Origin: Stegostoma tigrinum
Lineage: Eukaryota
Assembly (NCBI RefSeq): GCF_030684315.1
Contig: NC_081394.1
Span: forward strand, 1,674,001 to 1,738,000
Direction of reading: 5' to 3'
DNA length: 64,000 nucleotides
Within the stretch, counting starts at the first letter, position 1. Every line of letters starts with the position of its first letter. The position numbers and the translations under genes are program-made. Below are positions 24,901-36,900 of this stretch, piece after piece. Below the pieces are notes generated by a model. The model was given only the letters and a program-made list of their open reading frames with translations. It made no database searches and was not told the DNA's origin.

Positions 24901-27900
24901 TCCCACAAAGCATTGAAACAAATGCAGGCATCCTTTAAATGTAGAATCTCCCCACTCTCTGATTAAAGAATTTTCTCCTCAATTCCTGATTAGATTTATT
25001 AGTGATGATCTTATACTAACAGCCCCTAGTTCTGGTCTTCCACTCCCACAAGAGGAAATGGTGTCTCTGTATTTCATTTTAATACATTTATTGCCGGCTG
25101 GGCCAGCACCTATTGCCCAGAGGAGAGTTAAGAGTCAACCATATTGCTGTGGGCCTGGAGCCACATCTAGGCCAGACCAGGTACAGACATGCATTTTCAT
25201 TTCCTGAAGGACATTAGTGGACAGATGGGTTTTTCCTGACAATCAACAACAGATTCATGGTCATCATAAGGCTCTTAATTCCAGATTTTTTTTAAAAATC
25301 AGATTCAAATTTCACCATCTGCCATGGCAGGATTCAAACCCAGGTCTCCAGAACATTACCTGAGTTTCGGGATTAACAGTCCAGCGATAATACCACTAGG
25401 CTGTTGCCTCTCCAATCAAAATCTCTTTGAAATTAAAACCCCTCTAAGAGAAAATGGACCAGCCTTTCTTCCACTCCTGATAGGTTCACTCCTGCACTTT
25501 TGGGATCATCATCACTGATTATTTTCATACTCTTGCCAGTACCTCCATATCCTTTTTGTAATATGGAGACCAGCACTGCTTCCAGTATCCCAGGTGTCGT
25601 CTGACCAAGGTTCACAGCAAGTTTCACAGTGTTTCCTGACGTTTTCATTTTATCCCTCGGTATGGAATCACTAATGACTAGCTTGTTTGTTCATTTTTGT
25701 GACCAATGCTATTTCCATAAGGAGTGCTGTGTGTATATCAGCAAAATCGGAATGGTCCCTTCAAATATGCATCCAACAGCAAAGTGCTGGAATTCTAAAC
25801 ACTTGTAAATAAGGTCAAGAGGGCCAGAGTAATGAAACTACTTTGGAATGGTCATTATTCTATTAAACATAGGAGCAAAAGTAGGCCATTCAGCCAGTTG
25901 AGTCATTCAATGAGATCATGGTTGATCTGATAATCCTCAACTCCACCTTCATTTGTTTTCGCCATAACCCTTGATTCCTTTCCTGATTAAAAATCCGACT
26001 ATCTCAGCCTTGACTGTACTTAATTATCCAGCCTCGACAGCCCTCTGGTAAAGAGGGTTGACAGAGCAGATGTTACCCCTGAAAGCCAGTCTAGAATAAG
26101 AAGTAATAATATTAGACAGAGGCGTGGCAGATTTGAATCTATAGAAATCACTACCCTTGAGTATGGTGTCCACTGGGACACTGAATACATTTAAGAAGAA
26201 GGTAGAAAGATAATAATGGACTAAAAGGTTATGGAGAGCAGGGGCTGGGGAAGTGAAGTTGAGGCAAAAATGAGTCATGATTAGATTAAATGGCAGAGCA
26301 GTCTTGAGGGGCTGAATGACCTATTTCTGCTCCTTGTTATTATGTTTTAAAGAATTCCACAGTTTTACTATGCTTTTTGAGAAGAAATTCTGCCCCATTT
26401 GCTGTCCGCTGTTTTGTGAAAAGTTGCAACCTCACTATAAAAGCTGATGTGAAGAAGTTATCTATTAACTCAAATCCACCAGCTGCCAGTATCTCTCTCA
26501 AGATAACCAAGTCCCTTTTCTCGAATCATTACGTAACCCATGTAACCGACAATTGATTACCACCCAGCTCCATTTTAACTTCCGAATGCTGTAAGCGAGC
26601 ATTGCACAATTCACCAACCATACATATACCAGCCCATGGGGAGGAGAGGAGTTATTCACAAAATAATATGACCAAAGGAAGCCTCTATTAAGGGACAAAG
26701 AACAAGGGAAGTGAGATTTTCTGAATAATCATAAAGTATAGTCATATAGAGACCTAAAGATGGAAGTAAGCACACTGGAACACAAAGGCCCTTCTGGTCA
26801 AGGGTGGAGAACTGCTAAATATACCATTAAAAAAGAAATCAGGATATCATGGGACTATCATCTTGACCAACTGTGTCAGTGGTGTGAGGAATGGCCGATA
26901 GACTTTAACTTAGATAAATGCAAGCTGTTGTGTTTTGATGGGTCAAACCAATAAATGCTAGGGTACTGTCCAGAACGTACAGCTGTAGGGGTACAGGTTG
27001 ATAGCTCCTTGAAAATGGAGTCAAAGGTAGACAGGGTGGTGAAAAAGGCTTTCAGCATGTTAGCTTTCATCTGTTAGATCACTGAGTGTAGGAGTTGGGA
27101 TGTCTTGTTGCAGCTGTACAAGATGATGGTGAGGCCACATTTGGAGTATTGTGTGCAGTTCTGATTGCTATACTATACAAAGGATATTATTAAACTAGAA
27201 AGAGTGCAGAAAAGATTTACTGTGATGTTACCTAGACTAAATAATTTGAGTTATAAGGAGAGTCTAGATAGGCTGGCACTTTTTTCCCTGGACCATAGGA
27301 GACTGAGGGTGAGGGGGATCTTATAGATAACATCATGAAAGGCATTGATAATATAGTGGAGAGCTTTGTCAAATGGTCTGGGAATCAAAAACTAGAGGGC
27401 ATAAGGTGAAAGGGGAGAGATACAAAACACATGGTTGGGCAATGTCTTCACACACAGGGTGGTGAGTTAAATGTGAGGCCAGAGGTACTGGAAGAAGTGA
27501 GTACAATTATGTCACTTAAAAATACATTTTGTCATAGCTGAGGTAGGTATAGAGGGGTGTAGACCAAATGCAGGCAAATGGGATTAGATTAATTGTGAAA
27601 AATAGGTGGGATGGACAGGTTGGGCCGAAGGGCCTGTTTCCATGCTGCAGGCCTGTTATGACTGTGTGGATGCTTGGAGAACTGAAAGACCATGGATTGA
27701 GGCAATTTCAAGTTATTTTTCTGAGAGATAGAATACAGAAAAATTGACAGTTGACTGTGGTCAGGACTGTGAGGTAAAACCCTCAGAGACAAGCAGATTT
27801 TGAAGGATTGTGGGTGAAATGTGTTGCATGTGTACGAGTGGTTGATCAACCAATCACTGAAAACTGGACAATGAGGTTGACCCATCAAGGTCTGATCACA

Positions 27901-30900
27901 TGTAAACAGGAGGGGGTTATGAAAATATGCTCTAAGTTCATGGCTAACTTGCTCAGTTAGTATGATCAGGTACTTGGAGAACATCCACTCCAATCCAACT
28001 CTTGGACAATCCAATCCAACAGGCAACCCAATTCACATGGACACCTGCACATATCAACTGCAGGATTAAGATTTTGGAAGCATTAAATAAGCTTGCTTGT
28101 GTGACTAATCTTGGTAGATTTGAGTTGTTAATGTGCAGAGTAAGCTCACAGGCCAAGGGCAGTCTAAAACAAAAAGCCGCTGGTTGATTGTCTGCAATGC
28201 AGCATTATCCAAACTTCCATCTTCCAGTTTACACTTGTAAACAGAGGTACACAACTCTTATAGTGTGCTTCAACGGTGTGCCTTCATGCCATGGGCACTA
28301 TTTTTAGTGATGGCACCCACCCGTCTCCTGCATTGGGAGCAAATAGTTTGTTTAAATAATCCCTTTATTCACTTGCATCACTACTTTTAGTGATGAATAT
28401 AGTTGTCTAATCGCCTTATTGATAACCAACATCCCTCCTTTTCGGAATAAGTGTATTTGTCATGCAGATTCTGTTACTCTTCAACCCCACTTAGACTCTT
28501 GTTTTTAGCACATTTTGCAAGCTCCATATTTTTCCACCTCAATGTTGTACATTAGATTGATTATTGAGAAAGTTCAATTCTAAATCTATTCTGTAGGATT
28601 ATTGATATCATTCTGTAACTTATTGGAGTCCTCTTCAGTACTGACCATTCACCCAATCAAGACTTATCTGTAAATTTGGAGTCTAGTGGATCTACGAGCT
28701 ATCTGTTTCTAAGCACTAATGCTTTTTTTTAAACTAATGCTTCTTTGCCCAGCTGAACCATCACCAGAGTGGAAAGGCGACTCTCTTGGAGAGGTGACAG
28801 TGCAGGAAGGTACCTGTGCACAGATTCCATGTCGTTACAATTATCCATCGTGTCTGGAAAATCGACCACGAGAAGGCGTTTGGCTGAAATTTGAAAGCCA
28901 GACGGTCTTGTCTAGCGTAGCCTTTCACTCCAAGGGTCACAATCATGAATCACAAAGGTTCCGCTATTGGACCCAGCTGTCAGGAAGCCTGAAAGATGGC
29001 GACTGCTCCCTGATTATAAACAACATCAGACGGGAAGATGCCGGCCATTATTTTTTTAAAATAGAATTTGACGACGGACCTAGTCATAACCTGGCTTCAT
29101 GTTTCTGGTGAGTGTTGTGTTGGAATTACTCAGCAATTCTCTCAACAGTCAATGGGAAGTGACACAAAATATGGCGTTTACATATTAACACAACGTACAG
29201 CTTCTGATAACACAGTGTCTGATTCGATTGGTACCAAGTGGTCAGGCTCTGGACTTTGTTCTGATCCTGGCAGACTGCACCACATGACAAATCAGATCCC
29301 ACAATAAAACCTGGCTTGGTGGACATAAGTTTAAATCTTTGAAGTTGGTTAACGTGTTGGTTAGCCGCTAAAGCACAGTCACACGAGGCTTCAGTTTTGC
29401 TTCAAATAGAAAAACAAAATTTATCAAAGGCTATATTCCAGTTACAAATCAATGTGACAACCTGTTTCCCAACATACTCTGTTACAGTGACTCAAACTCC
29501 TATCTCAACTCTTTAAATTACTGCCTCCATCCAGTTTCCTTTATTCAAATTATGAAGATAAGTTTACAAATCCTTTGAGTTCAGTGGCATGAACCTTTCA
29601 CAATTCTAATGGCTTAAACACTTTTTAGTTTCACACAACCTAAAGATTTCCATCTCACATCTCCTGGCTTGAAAGCTTCATAAACTCACTATGGTGACAG
29701 GTTACCATTAAACTGAACTGAAAATTAAATAAAAATCGCTGATAAAGCTAAAAATAACTTCTGCTAAGAATAAGTCTGTTCCCTTTTGAACAGAACACTT
29801 GTTACCTTCTAAACTGAAGTCATAACAAAACTAATGGCTTTGCTGAGTTTACACAGCATGTCATGATCTCAAATTGACAAATATCTTATTCCATTAACAT
29901 TGCAGGGATCAGCCAGACATTTAGCTGGGGGATTTAGGCGTGACAATGCTATGATTTTAAGAGGTTATTTTGACCTGTAATTTTTTTAAGGAGAGGTTTT
30001 AAGAGGTAGCGAGCTGTCCAGTTGGAATACCAGTAAAGTGAACAGATGAGCAACCTTAAGTTTTTTTTTAATGTGGAACAACAGAAGCAGCCTGAACGGG
30101 TGCATCCAGCTCTCTCAGACAAGTTTTCTAGATCTTTTTAGTTTTAAGGTTTAGCTGTGAGCAGTTCTTGTTGGAGTTTCAATAGGGTAGGTGTTGCTGG
30201 AGTTTTGAATAAGTAGAAACTATCTTCTCCCTCTCTCGGTTACAGCTAGAAGCTAGGGTTTCTCTCTGCTGCTGAGTTATGTGTGAGAGAAATGTATTTT
30301 TCTGAATTTGCCTTTTTGCCATGGGTTGTGTTTATGGGATGGTACTATATTTGAACAGTTAATTAGTAGTAGTTAGTGTCTATTATTCTGTTAAGTTTTC
30401 CAATAGAGGTGTTATTCTGAGTTCTTCTTTCTTTCATTGCATTTTAACCATAGTGTTTAAATAAATTATGTTTTGTTTAATGTCAAGTTGTTTGACCAAA
30501 CAAATTGCATCTGGATCACAATACGTTACATTTACCTTTAAAATGAGAAAAAGAGTTAGGATCTAGGCTACCTTCTTGATCTGGTCTTATGGTCCATTAT
30601 TAGGTTACTGCTGTAGAATGACTTTCTGATGTTTTTAACATTAGCTGTCATGGAACTAACCCAAGTCTATTTCCTGCTTTTTTGACATCTAGATCCATCT
30701 TAATCATTATATAATTTTTATCACAGTTAATAGTCCAGTGACATTACCACAGCAGTGCCACCTCCTAATGAACTGAGCTTCTGAATTTCTGAAGAAGAGC
30801 CTGTCAGCCCCTGCTCCTCTGACGCTGCTTGGCCTGTTGTGTTCATCCAGCTCTACACTTTGTTATGTGATCTCCCAATCTATTTACTTTGTCCATCAAT

Positions 30901-33900
30901 GTTAGCGCCTTCCATTTATCTCTGTATTTATACGTTGAACATGGAGATAAGTATCACTACAATGTGTCATCGGAAATCTCTATTCAGAGGGTGATCAGCT
31001 GAATATATAATAATAACTTGAACTATTTGAAAGCAGAGGTGACTAGCGGTGGCAGTACTACAGAATGTTACATTTGCAAAAGGCACAAGCTGCTCAACCG
31101 AGTCAGTAAGTCTGCAACACTTTCAGAGAGAGATCACTTGACATGGTTTTTTGGGGTAAAGTAGGCTTTGAATACAGAAGATCCCACAGGGAAATAGCCT
31201 TTGCGTTGCTTCCTTTTCTGAAAGTTCTTTCCTCACAGTTTGTGATGTGAAAGAACACTGGAAAGCCTCATCAGCACAAGTGGATGGCTCTTAAATGAGA
31301 AATCGGAAATGGAAGGGATCACATTTTTACATTATGAATTAGAAAGTGAAATGGAAGTTAGACTCTGCCTTACAGCTGAGATGTCAGGAATAGACAAACC
31401 AAGTGGCACTCATTTTCAGCTGTGCAAGTTGCTTTTTGGACCAGTGTCAGCAATATTTTGAGTAAAGGAAAGACTTCCTGAAGATAGACCTGGAATGGGC
31501 TGAGCTGCCGTTTGCTGCAAATCTATAAGTGCAGGGTAGCTAGTGACATCCAGACCCTGCGAATTATAAACAGAACTCTCTCACCTCTTCTCTCCTTCTG
31601 ACTGAAAAGACAAGAAAACAAGAAAGCTTAAAAGAAACACTCTAACAAGTAAAAGTCTAAACTCTAACAAGTTGAATCAACTACTGAACTAAAAAATGAC
31701 CATCATTTTACAGACAATAGCATGTCATCATTCTCAATCAAAAAGGACTGAGAGAGACAATTTAAGCCAGATTTGTGTTCTGGTCTTTCAATTTTCAGAA
31801 TGTTCTTCCCTGTCAATGATTTTGTTTTCCACCCAAAATATCTGTTCAAACCATCTGTCTTTTGTTTGCCTTAATCGTGAAAAGGTGTGTGACTGTTGGG
31901 GTTTTGTAGGTACATAGCTTTGTAGGTACAAGTTAAAAAGTAGTGGGCTTATTGTTATTTTCTTTCCTTCTCTCTTGTTTATGGTAGAGTATGTCACAAA
32001 TAAATGGAGCTATTTTCTGTTAATGACAAAACCTGGTGTGAGTTGTCTCTGTCCTTAACAACAGTCAGTCAGGCAAATTGGTACCATAAGTGGGAATTTA
32101 TATGTTTTGCGATGGCTTGTAGAACGGTGGAACATGAATATTGGTGCACACTTCCCAGTTAAGTTATGACAGAAATTATTGTTTCTAGATAAAGAGTCAT
32201 CAACCAGCCATAACTGATCTACAAATATGCCTCAGCGCAAACAGGTTGTGTGGAAAGCAGCATGGGCTGCAGATCGACGCTTGGGGCAATCTATGACTTA
32301 AGTACATTTTTAAATGTAGCTGTTACTAGACCAAGCTATTTCTCAAATAAAACTTTGCAGAGAGCCATTGTGTATACTTGTGTGCACGTGTATGCGTTTT
32401 CGTTTTAATTGAGGAGTGGAATTGGAAATATTTACACTTTTTAAGCCTTTTGTTAATATCATTTTGATCTTTGGCTGAGTAAGATTCTTTGCAATAACTT
32501 GGTTATTTTATGGAACCTGGAGGATTTGTTTTTGATCCTAACCTTTATGCAGATTGATTATATATATAATATGTTCTTGTGAATTAAGGCAAAATCATGT
32601 GGTCAGAAGAGGAGTGCAACAAGGAAATAATCAGTTCATCCCTTCCAACTGAATTATAACGCAAAAGAAAGGCTTGCATTTCAATAGTGCCTTTTACCAG
32701 CTCAGGATGCCCCACATTGACTCTCAGGCAATTAAGTAATAATTTAACTGTAGTGGCACTGCAATACAGGAAACATCAGAGCAAATCTGAGAAAAGCAAG
32801 CTGCCATACACAGGAATGAAATAAATCAGCCAGTCTATCAGACCATGAGAAGCCAGTGAATACGATGGTGTGATGAGCTCCTGCGTCTTCATTCAGGATT
32901 AGCAATCACAGTGTCTTGGAATGAAAGTGTATTAAGCTGAGGGAAAGATACACTGTCTAAAAAGATGAAATTATTTTGAGATGTTTGTAACCTCATGGTG
33001 ATGTAATCATTATAAACCTGCTTTCTTTTGTGGTACTGTGACTTCTATTTGAGCTGATGCTTCAGGTTATATTTATCTAAAAGGATCCTCTCCCTGTCTT
33101 TAGATTTCACAGACAAACCAATGATACTCCCAGTGGAAATTATCGCAGGAAAGCATGTGAGCCTCAGGTGCACCTTCAACACAACGTGCAATGGAATACC
33201 ACCTGTCTTAACTTGGGACATTCCCACTGCTATACATGGAACAGTTTCAGAAGCTATTACACAACATGGTGTCACTCTGACCTACACTTCCATCCTGAGC
33301 CTGATACCATGGCGAAGACACCACGGACAGACTCTTACCTGCAGAGTAGGTTATCCGCATGCTTCATCAGAGCAGACCCTTGTAATAAATGTGCAATGTA
33401 AGTACCAATGCAGCGTTTCCTCAGCACTGACATTCCGACAGTGTGGCGCTCCCTCAGCACTGACCTTCCGACAGTGCAGCACTCCCTCAGCACTGACCCT
33501 CCGAGAGTGCGCCACTCTCTCAGCACTGATCCTCTGATATTGCGGCACTCGCTGAACACTGATGTCCGACAGTGCGGCGCTCCCTCTGCACTGATCCTCC
33601 GACAAAGCAGCGCTCTCTCTGCACTGACCCTCCGACAGTGCGGCGCTCCCTCTGCACTGACCCTCTGGTGCTATCTGCCTTCTGTACTGATTCCCTGAGC
33701 ATTTTGCACTCCCTTAGAATTGATGAATTTTGAGACCACCCCTATGAATTTGCTGCAGCCTCTCATTTTTGACTGTCAAATATGGATAACATATTTGGTG
33801 CCAAATTAACCCAGATTGATATTATATCTTTCACAGTCTTTGGGTCTAGCACAGACTCTTGCTTTGCTATGTGATTGCTCACAATATTCTCTTCTTTTGT

Positions 33901-36900
33901 TTTCAGACACACCAGAGAATCTTGCAATTACTTCCCTTGATGGGTCAAAAGTTTCTTCAATCAATATAATTGAGGGAGAGTCTGCAGTGATAATCTGTTC
34001 TGTCGAGAGCTTCCCAGCTTCTAATCTGATGTGGAGACATCTTAATGTCACAATCAGCAGAACAACTTCTAACAATGAGCTGCGGTTGGTGATTTCTTAC
34101 ATTACATCCAAGGACACTGGAGACTATCAGTGTGTGGCAGAGAATGAGCATGGAGCAGTGATGGGCTCCATAACCATTACTGTGCAACGTGCGTACATGC
34201 CAACTTCTATTTCTCTGACATGGTTCGAGGGACAAGCAAAAACACACAAACACATCAATGAAATTCACAGAAAGAAAAACAATTGAAAGATCATATATAA
34301 TCATGCATGCATAAACTGACTCTCTGTGATTAATCTTGTCCAATATTTACGTTACTTTTATTATTTTGAAGCAGAGAGATTATGGATATGAATCAGTCCT
34401 CATAAGGGCTTCTTTGTCACCAGAATATAATTTCGGAATAGTTGTGTCTCAGTATCAATTCCCAGAAATCATGTGACTGCAAGTGGTGGCCTGGGACAAC
34501 CCCTGTTGTGTTAATGGATGAAATAGTTGTTCTGTTGAGTTTATAACAGGCAAGATAAATGTATTATGGCTCTGTGTTTACTTCTGACTTAAGAACAGAA
34601 ATTCAAAGTGCGAGTTGATACACACCAGAGTTGAATTCAGAAGGTCGAACAGATTCACCTGGCAGCGGATTCAGTGCAATTCAGTGGGAACTATCAGCGC
34701 AGCGTAAGAGATTTGTAGTCTGTGAAGCTTCTTATCCAGGAGAGTTTGAGTGGAAATCATCAACTGTTTAAAATTGAACAGGTTCAGGCCTTTGTAACTT
34801 TGAGAGGCTTACCACCAACAACATTGGAAAGAATCATAAAATAAATGTCACACTTCAGGGTAAACATTGTCAGTAAACTAATGATTAAAGAGCAGAAAAG
34901 GGAATGATACGTCTCTAGAATTGAGTTTATAGCGATGGTGTGGTGAAAGAGGCTGAAACTTCGTTTTGATGATTATGTTAAGAGCTTTCTCACTATTTTC
35001 TATATAAATGTAGCTTTCTTTGAGAGTAGAGAGCTTGCATATTTGTGGAAAGTCACATTTTGTCAAAGCTTTTCACCTTACACTCATCAGGACAGTTTAC
35101 GAGAATACAAATTCAAGGAGGAAACCAACCTTTATTGTGCATGAGAGGAGAGTTCCAATTAGTTGACGAATGGGCTCTTATTGGTAGTGGTGTTGTGATG
35201 GAAAACTCATCCACTCATAGAGTCGCACAGCATGGAAACAGACCCTTCGGTCCAACTAGTATATGCCAACCATAATCCCAAGCTAAACTAGTTCCACCTA
35301 GCTGAATCTTCCCAAGCTGGAAAGGGTTCAGAAGAGATTTACTCACGAAAGGAGGGTTTGAATTAGGTGGATCTAAAAGAGACATGAGGACAATTTTTTT
35401 ACATAGTTGTTTGTATGTGGAAATAATTTCCAAAGGAAGCGGTAGATGGGGTTACAGTTACAACATTTGAAAGACATTTGGATAAGTACACGAATAAGAA
35501 ATGTTTGGAGGGATAATTATGTGTATCTAATTATAATATTTATCTGCTATAATTGACAGTTTCATCCATTATACCGTTTGTCACTCACTTTATCTATTAC
35601 CCTTTGTAAGTTGCATCTGTCTTCCTTATAACTTACTTTCCTACTTATCTTTGTGTCAAAGGCAAATTTAGTTGATATACCTTGGATTCCTTCATCCAAA
35701 TCGTTTACAGAAATTGTAAAGAGTTGAGCCATAGTACCTGTCCCTGTGGCACACCACTCATGATAATCTGCCAACCTGAAAAAGACCCATTCATTCCCAC
35801 AAAAGAACAAATTGCTGGCAAATCTCAGTAGGCCTGGCAGCATCTGTGGAGAGAAAGCAGAGTTAACATTTCAAGCCTAGGAACCCTTCTTCAGAATTCC
35901 TTTATCAGGGTGATATTGCAGTAAGATGTTGACTGTCCAGGATAGCTGTTATCCTGCAGGATGGCATAGATGCAATCTTTTTTAGCCTCAAACTTCCACA
36001 ATGAGCAAAAGCATTGGACCCTATTTACAAGAATAGGATCTGATCCATTACAAGAATTTTCATGAAAGAGGGATGACTCGTGGTGAGTTTAACCCGAGGG
36101 TCAGCACACCTCGGGGAAGTGGAGATGCTCAGAAGATTGGACTCCTATAAAATTGAACCTGTGCTGTTGGTTCGATGTGCAGCACAAACCAGGCACCCAG
36201 TCAACTGAGTTAACCAACCCACAGCATCATCTGCGGTTCCGATGAAAGTCTCGCCTCCTCAAACATCCCCCCTCGCCTGAGGCCTGGTGATTCTCATCTT
36301 AAACTCACCACCAACTGTTTTGCTCTAATGAGACATCAATCCTATGGTCCTTTGGGACAATGATGACTGACACACGCACACACACACAGTCTCACACTCA
36401 CACGGACACACACACACTCTCACACTCACACGGACACACACACATTCTCACACACGCACACTCTCACTCACAAACACACACACATACACTCTCTCACACA
36501 CTACTAGAAATGTGACATCGCACTTCAGATTGAGATGAACGTGACAAGAGGTCCATTCACATAGCAGATTCAGAGAGAGATGAAATGAAGGGTAATAGGC
36601 CTGAAACATCAAACTTCCTGCTCCTATGATGCTGTTTGGCCTGCTGCGTTCATCCAGCTCTACACCTTGTTATCAAGAATGGAGTCTTGTTGTGCTGCAT
36701 GACTGCTCACAATATTCTCTTCCTTTGTTCTTAGATGCACCAGAGAACCTTGCAATTACTTCCCTTGATGGGTTTAAAGCTTCATCAATCAATGTAACGG
36801 AGGGAGAGTCTGCAGTAATAATCTGCTCTGTTGAGAGCTTCCCAGCTTCTAACCTAACATGGAGACATTTTAATGTCACAATCAACAAAATAAGTTCCAA

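Noticed and set aside
22987-29107. V exons as rearranging Ig/TCR/NAR V segments
   Set aside because: No F-strand YYC, no RSS seen, and each ends in a splice donor; the cysteine pattern is Siglec-type.
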